A stretch of DNA of 64,000 bases from Lytechinus pictus (Eukaryota): the NCBI RefSeq assembly GCF_037042905.1, contig NC_087245.1:19656001-19720000 (forward strand). The letters run 5' to 3'. Below, piece by piece: positions 15,401 through 28,809 of this stretch (positions within the stretch are counted from its first letter, which is position 1; each line of letters opens with the position of its first letter). The position numbers and the translations under genes are program-made. A model generated the notes under the pieces. It saw only the letters and a list, made by a program, of their open reading frames with translations, was not told the DNA's origin and ran no database searches.

Positions 15401-18400
15401 GTCAAACACAGCTCACATTCTTATATTTCAATTAAAAAGAAAGAAATATATCAGTTAATATCATTTTCATGTAATATCTCATACATAAGGACTTGTCAAT
15501 GGGTTTCTTGAAAGTATAACCAAAGTTGCTTGTGATTTGTTTGAAAACATATGACTCATTCAAACTCTCACATGTCATCAAACCATTCTGTATCCCCAAG
15601 GGATAAATAACTCTAGGAAAAAAGTGTCCACAGTTCAACAAATCTTTTCTGTATACTCATATAAGATTTTACCTCAATGTTGACAATTTGTGACACATAA
15701 CTTTCAACTCTAGATAATCTGTTGGTCTATATTTAGCTCAGGAAGAATTCTTTAGAATTTTAAGAACAGCCACACAAATCATTTCTTGACATGCTTACCA
15801 TGATTTTACTCTGATCCATACAGATTTCATGTAGGGCACTTTCTGTTTCTCTATCTCGTGCCAGGTTTTCTACATCATATCAAACATCAAGGTGTCAAAT
15901 GTGCATGCTCTACAGCCTTCATTCAAATCATTTTCTTTTTCACTCAATCCCCATCCCCCTAAAGTTTCAAAATAATGGTACCAACCCACATATTTTTTTC
16001 ATCATTGTTTCTCATGATTATGCATATACCATTCATTATTCTAACCTCAAACTCATAATCGATTTTGAATTCAAGCTCAGTTTTATAGGTGTATCAAACA
16101 GTTACTTAGTATCTATTTCTCTACTTGTTTAGCATGACTTTTTACATCATTGGTGTTAACAGCAAAATTATATCCCTTCAAATTTCCTTGGTTATCATGT
16201 TCAGTCTCTTCTCTGCTCTCTCCTCCACCCCTCTCCCACCCGCCTTCTACCCTCTGAATTCCCCTTCTCTTTCCCTTTCTTATCTCCATTTCTTTCTCTC
16301 TTTCCCTGAATGCCTTTTGACACTCATTCATTTCTTCTTTCCCTCACATCCTATTCCACCATGGTATGTTCATTGACCCTAAGAATTACTATGATATCAT
16401 CATCCATTCTTATACCACAGACTAGTCTTCTAAACACAGACCCGTTACATATTTCACTCAATCTTCATAAGATATGAAGAAAGTATTTGCAAAACAGAAC
16501 TTACAAAATTTTACGAAATAATGAACCTTACATAAGAAAAGGGAGGTCCATCCTTATATTGCACTGATCATGATTATAATGATTGAATGACGGTGAAATG
16601 ACATTTGCTCCTGCGACAATTGCTCCAGTCTTAATATTATAATGCAGAAGGCATAAGATTAGAGTTTAAGGATTGTAATAGAGTTTTTGGTTCAGAATAA
16701 TGTAAAGATTAGGATTAGGGTTTATTCATGTGCAGATTTTCTATTGGAGCAATTGTCGCTAGAGCAAATTTCATGGAACCTAATTTTATTCAAATTAAAT
16801 TGATATTCAAATGGAACATCAATCAATGGGGACTAAAATGGATGATGCATGGAGACTACATAAACACTAATGCAGTTAAAGGAGGATCTTGACTGTCTGC
16901 AGTAGTAATTAGTAACACTAAGTCCTCTGACATTTTCATCTTCCTACATCACAGCAGGCAATAGCCATCTTATAATTGACTGATATGAAAGAAGCAATGG
17001 CCATCAGTACTTGAATCATTCAGTATTGATTTCATACTAACATTGCATATGAATGAATAAAAAACATGACTGTCCGGAATTCCCAGAGTCCAATTGTTGT
17101 ATTTCTTACCTTCCCAGAAAGAAATTATAATTCAAGCAATTAAGGGGAAGAATATTTCCCCCACATAGGGGTACACAAGTGCAGAAAATGTCCATATGAA
17201 GAAATGAAGTGGTAAAAAAGTAGAAGCAGGTCACTTTAAACATGTAGTTGTATATATATTATATTTTCAAAGTCTGTACAAGGAACTTATACACACTTAT
17301 ATTTCATTTAAATTAATATAAAAATAGTTTTTTAGGGTATTTGAGTCAATTGGTGTTTCATGTTTGCTTTATATTAGTCTCTAATTTGCATTAGAAACTT
17401 ATTTTAAAACATTTTCACTTTTCATTTCCTTCATTCTTGCTAAATTTTCAATCATGTACTATCAACTTTCAATCTGGTAACATTCTAGGTTATATCCCTT
17501 AATGTTACTTTGAGACCCCCTAATAGTTACATTCCAATTCTTTTTCATACCCATACTTCTGATTTTCATCTCCCTCCATTTTTATTTTTTTGTTTGAGAG
17601 GGCTTTTAAAAGTATTCCTTCCATACCATTTCTTGAGAGTTTGTGAGCTTTCACCGGTCATCCTACAAACTGATTTATAACCTGGTAAACTAGATCATTA
17701 TCAAGTAGACATGTGCTTTATCTCATCAAAATTATCACGTACATGTATGAAAGAAAGATAGCCACCAGTTAATAAGGAACAGATTGATGACACCAAGTAG
17801 AAGAAGAGTTGAGAGCATAAATCGTATTTTAAGTGAGAAGGATGTCATCTGCCAGACCATCTGACCTATCTTGTTCATTAACCAGCCTGAACAGACTGCT
17901 TGATTATCCAAAACTATTATATATATTTGATTCCAGGTAATTCATTAAAATACAAAGTGTCAGGAATCTTGAGTATTCTACATAATAATTAATTCAATTT
18001 TGATACATACAGAAGAAATCTCATAAAACAATTTAGGTATATTCCTATACCCAAATTAATTCTTGACCACAACACATGAATATTAACAAATAGGATTGGT
18101 GTCTTAAATTACAAATTTGTCTAGTCATACATACTTCCCCTGATCTAGGAAATACATTAAATAAAAAAGTACATTTTTGAAGAGTCCATTAAGATACTTT
18201 GATGAAAGAAATGTTTTGTTTTCAACTTAAAGATACAATAGTTCTGTATTTTCAATGATACATACATTGTGAGAGCAATTTCTGAAATTTGATTAATTGA
18301 AAGAAGTTAAAATGTAAAGGCCTTTAAATTTGATGCTCATGTCCTATAAATAAACTTGTAGTAGTACCAAAGCACTGGATCTATGACAGTTCTACACTGG

Positions 18401-21400
18401 GCTCATCTTTGACAAATTCAACATGTCCTTGTACGTAGCGCCGTGCATGTCCCTACCGGCCACAGAGACAGCATCACTGATTTCATTAACAGACTCAGCT
18501 GTTGAATTCCTATCTCGTTAGTAACCAGATCAACTGTGGTCAGCATGCCTTCTCATTGGTTTCAAGTGGAACTGGATTAATCTACGGACTATTCCATGAA
18601 CCATGCCTGCCTGCCTTCCTCCTTACGATGTACACATACTCATTATGTGTCAGTCACCTTTTATGTTCCCTCTGTTAGAAGCCAATTATACATGACCTTG
18701 ACAAATAATGATGCATCTTGTCAATGGTATGCAATGTTGTTGCTGATTTTAAGTGTTGATGTTTCTAATATTTATGTTTTGGAGGTTTATATCCCTAATC
18801 TAAAAAAAATTAATAAGAAGAAATCAACCTTAGACAACAGCACTTTCAACTTACAATAATTGTATCGTTTCCACTTTCCTGACGATACTTTCTTTTTCAT
18901 ATCATTCAATTCAACTTTGGGCCCGGGGGGGCTACTTACATTGACGAGTGGATACCATGCGCGACCAAAAAAAACATGTAAAAAGGATGTCCTTTTCAAG
19001 ATAGGGTATGTTACGTACGTAACGTAATAAGGGTGTCAAAAACACTAAAATTATGAAAAAAGGGTATCTATTTTCGGTAGGAAAGCTATGTTTTTAGGGT
19101 CAAATTTGCGAGGGTATAAAAAATTAAGACTAAAATGTTTTATAAAGGATGTACTTTTTGCCCCAAGAGTCAACACTACGTGTTTAGAGTACCATTTTGC
19201 GCGAGTTGTGGGATGTGGGGCTTATAAACTAAACCACTAGGTAAAGGTAAAACTGACGACCGACGTCCGTGACATTAATTGAAATATCGCTGTACATGTT
19301 TAGGGGTTCGAATCAGGGAATACTTGCCAATAGTATCGTTTTGTTTCCAATACTTGTTAAGGGTAGGGTTTCACACGCCAATACTTGTTAAGGGGTGCAT
19401 TTTCAGAATATGGAAATACGTGTTTAGGGTGCTTTTCGAGACCCCTTGGTCGCGCATGGTATCCACTCATCAATGGAAGTGGCCCATGCGGGACTTTGGG
19501 TCATTCAGGCATTATACATCAAACACAGTCATGATTTTTTTTTCCTTCCCATGGATGCCATTGCAGTATCCATCCTCCAAATAAATAAAAAAATCAGGCA
19601 AATCAATGTAATTTTGAAGAATCTACTGACACCACTGTGAGCTACATAATGTGATTCATTCAATCCTTTATATCAAAAGTAGATGTGAACTTTTTCTGAT
19701 GGAATTTTTACTTTCTGCTTTCAAGCTCAAAAGTACAACCCAAACTTTGTCAAACTATTCACTTTCAATCTAACATGAATAGCTACACTATCTTGTTTCA
19801 TGTCAAATGACATATTTCAACAGGAATGTCCATGATAATTGGATTTCATATTCTTTCAGCCGGTCTAAATAATAATGTTCTTCAAAAATAGGACTTCACT
19901 TTAACTTTGACAATGTTCCCTCCCACTGTTCAACTTAATTTTCACATGCAAGTATCTATCTTCTTTGACATGTATTTTGGGGTCTTTGATTGTGATTTAC
20001 TCCAAGAAACAAGATCTTATACATGTATAGTTGCAATCTTGCAGAAGATCTATGTGTACATTTTAAAATGAAAAATTAGGCCAGCTGTTACGTTAAATAT
20101 TCCAACCAGATATAAAAAAACACCTCTCTCTTTCTTGTGTGACCTCAAAGCCTGGAACACTCTTGTTTCAAAGGTCACACAAGAAATTGATAACTGTCCT
20201 CACAGCATCTTCATGGAAAAAATGATAATCATTCCAAAAATGCCAATTCTATCCTTGAGCAACAATTTTCACTTTTTAGTTTTATAGAGATAATCAAGTT
20301 CATGTGTGTAGTTCATGGGTCATAATTGCCGTTTCTTTGATTGGAGGGATAAAACTGAGAATGGCATCCAATTTGTACATATTATAAAGAGAAGTTTGTC
20401 CTGTATGCTGTATAATAAACTGTATTAACCCTATTATTAACCTATTAAAAATTAAGATAAACAAACTGATACAGCTCCCCCATTATTTCATTTACAAACC
20501 CAATATAAAATCGCATTGAATTCTTGTGATGACCTTTATTTCATTACATTATGGGGAATACAGGAAAATGTATGCCAAATAGATTTCTGGGAGAAAATTC
20601 AATATCTGGTTTCCTGGGGAAAATATCATTTGGTAATTATTATCATTCATTCAATGCTTTGGTTTTCTGGTGCAATGATGATGATAATTACGCCTTAGTT
20701 GACAGTACTTTATTGATTTATTGATAAACAACATCAGTGTAATTATAATAATAAATTAAATAGCAACAACAGCAAAACCAACAATAATAACAATACTATT
20801 ATTATGCCAATAGTAAATAGAACATTCCGTAATATCAGACATCATCCAAAAGACACATTAAATACCCTAATTGTTCAGAAGAAAAAGAAGGAAAGGAATA
20901 ATAACAGAGATAAAGGACATATATGCACAGGTGCATGTGTATGCACCTGTACACTTCAAATCTCCCGTCATGCTGATTTCAATTATCGTATACCAGATAA
21001 AAACAATATACTACACAAATATTTCATGCGAATGTAAACATATTGTCATACTCCTCCTCTTCAGTCCTGCGGCCAAATAACTGTCATTCTTGCTCTACGG
21101 AAGCCGGACTGGGAATTCGGACAGCTTATTTTACAAAAGGACGGCAGGGGATCTCGTCATCCCAGGTAAAAGATAACACGGCTTGAGATCCTATCCCTGA
21201 CCAGACAAGCAGAGTATAGGGGTCAAGTGATCAGATATTTCATATTCTGTATCTCATGGATGATTCCAAGCCTCTCATTGGCCTAAATCAGCCAAGGGTC
21301 AAGGGGGGTACATGGGGCATATGCCGTTTCCCCTCCCCCTTCTACCAATCCCCCTTTTACCAATTTTGGGCAAAAATTTACACACCATTACTAGGCATAA

Positions 21401-24400
21401 AGTGAGAAGAACTCCTCTTTTGGAAATGAGAATTTAAAATGAGCAAATCAAATCAAAATTTAGGTATTTTTTCATGGTTAAATGATGGACAAGATTAGCA
21501 AAATCATTTTCGGAACAATACATAACGACAATAGGAAATGATAAAAACAGACAATATCAAAAGATCATTTTTGCATGAAATTTAGAATGGAAATTCAATG
21601 GAGGAAGAGAAGACAAAGAGTGTCAAAGCAATAAAGTGCAATCCATCTTCCCTGAGAATTAGGTGGACTTTATTGACAATTAGGCTAGTTGTGTTTACAC
21701 TGATGCCCATAAATCTTGTTTGCAGAGCTAAGGAATAACATGCAGGAGTAAAGGAGGTTAAAAATTCTTCCGAGGAGATACAATATAAATTGTACATGTA
21801 AGTTTTTGTAACAGTTACGTGTGATGTATTGGTCATACTACATACAATTCAATCATTCAAAAGCCATTTTCAATAATACTCATGTTTTGCAAGACACACA
21901 TTTTCCCCTGTATTTCTTTTCTTCTCTTTTTTTTTTTTAATCTTTGAAATAAAAGTTTGTTGTAGTTTTAATGCAGTTATACATGTAGGTCGATTCATTT
22001 ATTTTCTTCATAATTAAAAAGTCCAAATCACTTATTCAAGAAAATTCACAATACTACCATGAAAATTAGTGTTGTCAAGCAGCAGAATCAGAAATAAGTT
22101 AGTGAAAAAGGGCTCCATACATGTGTAGTTCAATGTATTATCTTACAGTCAAAATGAGACAGAATCAAGTTACAGAAATCAGCTAATGTTACATGAACTC
22201 CTAACAGGTACATCACATCCAATCTAAATCACTCCTGGGACCTAATCCCTCTGAATCTAAATCTTTACTGTCAACAACGCTCTTCAGAGTAACATTTCCT
22301 TCTTTACCTAAAGAGATTACAAGTTTATTTCTGTATAGACTCTTTGGATTATGGCAGACACTCCTCACAAATGTTTCTAAGTTCTCAAAATATCATGGCA
22401 AATAAATGTATCAAATTTGGCAAAAGGTTATGAGGCTACAGCTTCATACACATCCAAAGGGCCAACAGTTACCCCAAATTCATTTCTTTTCTGTACAATG
22501 CTGTAATACAAATTTTATTTTAATCTAACCCCCATCCCCCCCAAAAAAAAAAATGTATATAAAGGTACATGTACATTCATTGAACTAAATCCTCCAATTC
22601 ATGAATTTCTGAATGAAAGTTCAGTGAAGCATATATTCTTTTCCATTTTTATTTGTCCTACATGAATACTGAAAAATTAATAAAAAAGGAGCCATTAAAC
22701 CAGCTCATGTCTTCTATGAAGAAAATTAGGCAAATAACATTTTTAGATGTACAGTAGGAGCTGGTTATAACGATGTTAATATCAATGATAACATTCAAAC
22801 ATTAATGCATTGATAATCATGCTAAATGCCCCTAATATACAGATAGACTTGGTAATTCATTGAACTAATTTGTTAACAAATTGGTTTAGCCTCTACATTT
22901 ATACAAAATAATTACTTTAAATATGACATATTCAAGCACATTGTCTCATGAACCAACTATACATCTATCATCACCATTTGGGTTCTAAACCACATTCAGT
23001 GTAACAGTGCTTACACCCCCTCCATTCCTATAATGACAAAAGAAAGGGGAAAACAGACTCTGGTATTTTGTTTTCACTGCCAGATCCATATCTCAATTTC
23101 AAGTTGATTAGACATCAAAGTTTTGAGCTAATCTTCAGGGCAGGATAGCGACATTTGTTCCATCCCATTACATTCCAAAGAGCTTCTGTTTTTAGCCCTC
23201 CAGTCTCGCATCATCTACCATACCCCACATACCAGTCATGGAGTGGAGGATGGTTAGTTACTCCTCCGCCCCCCATTACTCCACTCTACCCATTCCATTG
23301 TACATCCTATTACCCCTCCCTCCTCCTTTGTTCTTTCTGAATCCATGCACAATTCAAGATAAAACCTGGTAATGGTAACTATACAAAACAAATGAATTCT
23401 AACAGTATCAAATACATTTATTATCAAGTATTTGTGTACATGTATGTGTACATAAGAAAATTCAAAAGTAAAAATATTTGATGTCCTATTTCAAATATTA
23501 TAATCAAGCAGAGTTGAATCAATGAATCAAAAATAGCCATCCAGCAAGCATTGAGAGTCAAACCTTGCCTCTTCTGTTGTTGAGTTGGTTGTCAATAAAA
23601 GCAGAAAATTAGAAAAATGTGTTTCTCTCATTTTCTGCTTTCATTCCAGCCATCTTGATGTGATGGTGAATTTTAACATTATCCAGCCAGTTACAGGGTA
23701 ATTAAACCTTTTTCATTCTTATGATATTATCAATCCACTAAGCTTTTCTAAAAAGTGGAACAAGGACAACAATTTTGAACTTCTAAAGTGCGTATATTGT
23801 ACATATTGTATTAAGATGTGAGTTTGGTTGATATGGATCCATCCAGTTCGTAATCATTTGTGAGTTATTGTTCTTTTTATGATAAATTGCAACATTGATT
23901 CCATTACCAAAATTACCCTTTTCACAATAAAGCAAATCCAAACAAATTGTTTATTAACATAATTGTTTATGTTACTACGCATGTAACCATTCTCCCATCT
24001 ACTGTACATCTATCGTAAGGCGTTCTTTTTCACGTTTATCCCTCTTCAGTCATCAGCTTTGGGGTATTTTTCAATAACAAAAGAAATCAATTAGACCAGA
24101 TGGACCTTAGAATGCCTTCCAATGTCCCCAACCCCATCCCATTCCCAATCTCTTCCCTCATAGAATAAAACGGTCACAGGTAATTTGTTAAATTGCTTTA
24201 GTGCAATGGTATCTTAATGAAGTATGACAAAAGTACAAATGCTATCTGACATCATACAAACAAACAATCCCTATGACAGTTCATGTCTTATGCTGCAATA
24301 ACAAATCTTGAGTCCTAACAAGGTATCTGAATTACACTTTTTGTTCAATATATTTTCTTTCTATATTGTCATTTTAAATCATACGGTTTTTTTTCATTGT

Positions 24401-26440
24401 GTTGGACGTAATTTTTTGATCAACATTCCCATAACTTTTTATTTGATGGGATATGTGTGTTTTATCAAAGTTTGATTGTGGTATAGTGGCCAAATTATGT
24501 GCATATACATGTACAAGTAAATGCCTATGAATTCTGGTAGGCAAGACATGCACAGACCACAAACTTTCCATCTTCAAATCTGAGAAAGAAATAATGGAAA
24601 ATAATTGCAAGTCCAAATAGTGTAAGATTGATAATTTCAGACACTTTATACACAAACATTAGATGCAGCCTTCCTTATCAAAACCCCCAGAGTGTGTTTA
24701 AATTAAATAGGGCACAGACAATATGCCCATTCCGACTTTTCAATCTTAAAATAACTTGCCTGCCATTTTTCCTGAATATGTTCTTGATGTAGGCCTAAAT
24801 ATTTCTGTAATATTTTGTTCACAGTTAATTTTCAGAATGTAAGAAATGATATCCTATCCTTGTTTTATCTGAAATCGTTTTGTAAAAGCATGCATGTAGG
24901 ACTCCCATCAAGGAGTTCAAGCATCATTGCTTGCTATCCCATCAAGGATGCTATCTTTCTTTATATGCAAAGAAGAAAGCATGATATCTGGATGTGCACA
25001 CTAACATGGATGGACAGAGTTTGAACATGTGAACCTTGGCGAAGAAACAACATTCTCCCGGAGTCAAAACAACATTCATCCTATCCCCTAATACCACAAT
25101 GATCCCGATCGCCACCATCTTCATGTGATGTAAACACTGTATGAATTTCTACTGTCTGCAAAGCTTCTATGTGGTCCACTGGCATGAAGTAGGGCCTAGA
25201 TGTTGTTCAAAACTTTATATAACATTTGCAGTGTGAGAAACCCATCACTTTCAGACATGTTGTGTTAAGATATCAAGCTGACCTCCAAGATGTGAAAATG
25301 ATACAATAACATCAACCATAACTTGTTGAACATAATCATATTTCACCATTATATACATGTACACTTCCAATATGCATGTACCCTAACACAAGTGATCAGG
25401 CATCAGGTCTAATGATTTAACAATGACAGAAGATAGGGAAATAAAGATTTGAAAGCCAGAATTGGGAATGGTAATTAAATTGCCTAATTCAGTTGCAAAT
25501 TTCCTATTCAAACTCCAAACCGCTGAAGATTCAAGTAGGCCAACACTAAGTTTTCTTTATCTCTAAATTGTACTACAAGTAGGTCTGCAACAACTAGTGA
25601 CTCGCTACAACTAGGTAATTCATGACAGCAAAAAAGATCAACATCAAGTGGTCAAGCAGAAACAAGAGTAAACAAAGCAAAACTCTCCTTCATATTCATA
25701 ATTCAAGGAGTTCATAAAGAATAAACAGAACCTCAGGTTTTTAAACAAGGGTGAGAAGGGAGCAGTCTCAATACTGGAGGCTACCTGGGGTTATTAGAGG
25801 TCAATGACCAGGAATGACCCGCATACCTCGTCTGAAGAAAGGTAACTTATTAACCACTCTGCACTACATTCAGTGAAATCCATTCAACCAGTCAATTTCA
25901 TAGATAATATATTGAAGCTATCATTTTAATCTTCTACCACACCTGTATGTAAATGTTGCCAATTTGATAAGGATATTTACAAACTGTATCAACAGGTGAC
26001 AAGATCAATGTTCACATGAACAGGGAAGAAGCATTGGAATGTTTACAAATGAAATATTTGTCTGAATAGTGATGGATAGGAGATAGAGCAAGATAAGTTG
26101 TACATTTCAAATATGATATCTTTTCTGAATTCCAATGTTTTTTGCAATGAGAGATTCCTGCCAATGTAGAAAAACACAAATATATGCCTCCCTTGCTTGG
26201 GTCACCAGCATGGAATCAAATCTCAAAAAGGTTATCAATATGTATCACATATGAAAAATGAGGAGCAGACACTGATGTCATGACATACTGTTTTGTAGCT
26301 CTCCTAATTCCTGAAACAAAGGAGGTAAATAGAATACTTACTTGTAACACAGCTAAAACAATCCTTGCTTTTCCACTCTGCACTGCAACAGTGCTGATTG
26401 TGGTAGTCGCTGTTGGTTTCTTTCCTTGTTGCACTGACAT
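295..26440 (-). CDS. CCDC141: CCDC141-like spectrin-repeat region: own ATG exon plus 14 exons, 841 codons, continuing past the left edge of the window
   Basis: The spliced N-terminus TTTISTVAVQSGKARIVLAVLQSAEWIQVRVEDMIPRMTEIG...VYAAMAKSLGQAW resembles recalled human CCDC141 ([31 protein letters not shown]...VYDAMAETLGEAW). All junctions are GT-AG and in phase. Confidence 0.85.
992..1180 (-). CDS. CCDC141: Exon RVTTEIQMRL...DFYKKVNK, 189 nt
   Basis: Acceptor tgacag, donor AAG|gtaatg. Confidence 0.88.
1805..1921 (-). CDS. CCDC141: Exon TIEFVINMEG...SFQETVT, 117 nt
   Basis: Acceptor tttcag, donor ACG|gtgagt. Confidence 0.85.
2391..2570 (-). CDS. CCDC141: Exon LVNDTELVTK...WEHFVRDARK, 180 nt
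   Basis: Acceptor cgccag, donor AAG|gtaaat, open frame. Confidence 0.86.
2920..3093 (-). CDS. CCDC141: Exon LGNAMENME...FKNELHK, 174 nt
   Basis: Acceptor cactag, donor AAA|gtaatc, open frame. Confidence 0.85.
3387..3566 (-). CDS. CCDC141: Exon EKSTQVDNVM...FHKVTKQ, 180 nt
   Basis: Acceptor ttacag, donor CAG|gtatgt. Confidence 0.88.
3768..3980 (-). CDS. CCDC141: Exon AKCVDLQNQ...KWLVNVG...HEKLLTEVR, 213 nt
   Basis: Acceptor ccctag, donor AGG|gtatgt. Confidence 0.88.
4290..4502 (-). CDS. CCDC141: Exon AKTYLSRLG...NMAEIQ, 213 nt
   Basis: Polypyrimidine tract with a gaag acceptor, donor CAG|gtaatt. Confidence 0.87.
4963..5154 (-). CDS. CCDC141: Spectrin repeat exon (DVQNSVANLL...FYRNAEL), 192 nt
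   Basis: Acceptor gcttag, donor CTG|gtaagt. Confidence 0.9.
5769..5888 (-). CDS. CCDC141: Spectrin repeat exon (ISNWFRTQGE...HHHAFEVAAG), 120 nt
   Basis: Acceptor ctcttag, donor GGG|gtaaga. Confidence 0.88.
6407..6651 (-). CDS. CCDC141: Exon DMLEGSMQVM...IQDKRRLLD...TEVTK, 245 nt
   Basis: Acceptor atgcag, donor AAG|gtgaga, phase 1 to 0. Confidence 0.9.
7085..7193 (-). CDS. CCDC141: Exon YNDNLADGIRECR...RQIKK, 109 nt
   Basis: Acceptor tcccag, donor AAG|gtatgc, phase 0 to 1. Confidence 0.85.
7768..9221. mobile_element. MITE-like non-autonomous DNA transposon, interrupted by a nested insertion
   Basis: Imperfect TIRs aagcctg...tgtgttttgggc / gcccaaaacaca...caggctt. Confidence 0.6.
7819..8762. 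mobile_element. Helentron/HINE-like non-autonomous element carrying an internal tandem array (about 5 units of 150-190 bp)
   Basis: Subterminal inverted repeat tctcacctgcat (7843) / atgcaggtgaga (8745), terminal hairpin gtctcac...gtgagac next to an A run, and units containing tgacctttgaccttggtcatgtgac. The family assignment is inferred from structure. Confidence 0.7.
9243..9434 (-). CDS. CCDC141: Spectrin repeat exon (AKQDQIGSLL...FYRGAKQ), 192 nt
   Basis: Acceptor ttgcag, donor CAG|gttggt. Confidence 0.9.
10649..10812. mobile_element. Palindromic MITE of about 165 bp, copy 1
   Basis: Long inverted arms ggggccagtttcataaag... / ...ttttatgaaacggggcccc. A near-identical copy lies at 38499-38663. 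Confidence 0.85.
12547..12945. mobile_element. Degraded non-autonomous DNA transposon
   Basis: Weak inverted termini (taaataccagttgtgg / caaccactgtcttttacctt). Confidence 0.4.
14730..14852 (-). CDS. CCDC141: Spectrin repeat exon (SAEWIQVRVEDMIPRMTEIGTNLEEAQNLKTQHDEVIKNLV), 123 nt
   Basis: Acceptor ctcacttag, donor GTG|gtaagt, phase 0 to 0. Not in the ORF track. Confidence 0.9.
16591..16780. mobile_element. MITE of about 190 bp
   Basis: TIRs atgacatttgctcctgcgacaattgctcca / tggagcaattgtcgctagagcaaatttcat. Confidence 0.8.
18922..19492. mobile_element. MITE of about 570 bp
   Basis: TIRs cattgacgagtggataccatgcgcgaccaa / ttggtcgcgcatggtatccactcatcaatg, with CCCGGG-like ends. Confidence 0.85.
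26342..26440 (-). CDS. CCDC141: CCDC141-type first coding exon (MSVQQGKKPTATTTISTVAVQSGKARIVLAVLQ), 99 nt coding
   Basis: ATG in AAA-ATG context, with an in-frame TAA 30 nt upstream and no polypyrimidine acceptor in between. Donor CAA|gtaagt, phase 0. Confidence 0.88.
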
Positions 26441-27030
26441 TTTCGGTTTCTTTTTTTCGCTTCGTTTCGTTTAAAAAATATTTCTACAAACTATTTTCTA
26501 CGAACTTTTGTCTCTTTTTTTGAGGAACCGGTAGAACTAATTGTAACTTGTGTTTGGTCCCTTCGTTGATCTCTCGACACAAAAATAAAACAAATAAACA
26601 AACATTGAAATAAGTTGCTTCAGATTTTTTTCCTTCAAACCTTCATGGGAAGGTTTACCGCGACGCCATAGGAGTTTCTATGGTGTTTGATTGGAGTCGC
26701 GAGCGCACAACGGGGCTGGTAATGACGTGCACGCTTTTAGTGCCCCGCGCCAGCCAAACGCACCGACTGACTTGAGATCTCGACTCCCTACTGAGAGGCA
26801 GAGAGGAGAGACTCAGAGTACCAGCACGATGGTCTTTCCTTCCCTCAATCCTCTCTTCTTTCTATCCTCTCCTCTGTCTATCTCTTTCCTTTGATCCCCT
26901 GTGGGAGTGCACGGGGTACTGGGAGAGCGAGAACATCTATATTAGGAGAGGCACTGCTTTCCTGCTAGCCCATTGGTAGAGCACTGAAGTGTTCGGTTAT
27001 CCTCCACTTGTATTAGTCTCAATGCGCAGA
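26441..27030 (-). promoter_or_regulatory. Candidate 5' UTR and internal promoter for the CCDC141-type first exon
   Basis: Locally GC- and CpG-rich tract (about 26660-26830) directly upstream of an ATG exon that lacks a splice acceptor. No repeat termini seen. Confidence 0.55.
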
Positions 27031-28809
27031 CCCTACATAACGGCACCCACAACACAATGCAACAGAAGTCTGCTCATTAATAATTTGTAAAGAGATATGT
27101 ATTTCCAAGCAGAAGGCTCTTGTGTTGAGTATGGTTGTGATTGATTGTAACCTGGTTCATAAATTTTAACTGGGGTTGTATCACAAACTTGGAAGGTGTT
27201 GATTGAGTCATTGGTCAGGGTTGAGTGTGTGAACAAGTTTTTGTTTGCCTTCCTTTCAATGTTTGTATGCAGAATGTAGGACTGGCTAGGGATTATAATG
27301 TATCACAGACCCACTATAAAACCTGGTATCAAATCCAACTATAGATGGCTCAGTCTAATTACCATGTTTTGGGGTATACGATTGTTATACAAATATATAC
27401 AATTCTTAGATACATTTAATAAGAAAATTGTCAGTAGGCTATATTGACTTCCCAGTCGTTGAACTTTATGCCTGCGAGTTCACTTTATAACCAAAATGAA
27501 TTCTTTTGGGGTATCACTACTTTGCATTACAGTTAACAAAATATTGTAATATCTAATGGCATTTTAAGATATTCTAAACTCCAGCAACTTTGAGATTTTT
27601 GCATGGAAATCAGGAAATTACAAAGCATCCAACATTTTCTTTGTACTGAAATAACTGTTACAGAGCAAAAAGATGAAAATAATACAGAGAAAAATAAAGA
27701 TGCACTATGTTATTATTATCTAGAATCAATGGTTATTCCATACGTTTGCAAATATTGTTTGGGCAGTTCCTCTGAACCCCCAATACTGCTAATGGGAACA
27801 AATTCACACAATTGAGCCTTTGGAGCCTTTGGTTATTTTCATGGGCCAAAGAAGGTCAAGATGTCAACAACACATAAAAATAATTCGCACTTGGTGGGAA
27901 AGTTTATTGAAGATTGGAGAAAGGGGTTTCGTATATTTCACACAGTGGATGAAAAATGGAGAAATAAGCGCAAAGTCCATTTTGACTTATATTTCTACAT
28001 GTCCCTACACAATGTGCTTTGAGGAAGAAACAGGACTTCCAATGGTAGTAATGCTGGATGTGGCTCAAACTCTTCATTTCTGGCATTTTTTGTTCATATT
28101 AATTATGCCCTTTCAGAATTTTTTTTTTTTTTTTACAAAATACAAGATCTGAAGTGAAAAGAAAGTTTTCAGTTTTTTTGCTTAACTTTTGTTTTATAAG
28201 TTGTAATAACTAAACCTATGTTGTTTTAAAATTGGCTGTTTTGGTGACAGCAATGTAATGAAGGGTAAGGACAAATCCTCTATTTGCTCCAATGCACAAT
28301 ATGGCTATAATATTTTCATTTTCAAGATGTTGAGAATCATATATATATATATACTGTATATATATATATATTTGTTTTAATACGGTCATGTAACAATATA
28401 CTGGGTCTACTACTTATGTGTTTAATTTTTATCACAGCTCCAAGGGGAAAGGTGCTAAGGAGAAAACCAAAATGAGAGAGTTTATCCCTACCGCTTGTCA
28501 CAATCCTCTCATTAAATTGGCCAAAGAGATTTACAGAATCTAAGTGATCTTTTCAAACAGCTATAGCTTTCTTAATCCTTTCTCAAAATTTATGTCAAAG
28601 TGTCATCATTCTACCTTATTTTTTAAATTTTTTTTCTTACATACAGATTATTTTATTATCACGGTTAGACTTCCCTTTGAGATTATGTGATTATAGCCTG
28701 TTTCTTATAGTTCATTTAATAACGTAGTTAATAACCACATCTTAAATTGGGTCTGACTGTACATTATTCTCTGTTGCTCAATTCCTATACATTGAAATGT
28801 AGGGTGTGT

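Noticed and set aside
14853..26341. Short ORFs in the 11.5-kb intron as extra exons or nested genes
   Set aside because: They are AT-rich, lack coherent splice pairs or protein motifs, and the flanking exons join in phase without them. Very small exons could still have been missed.
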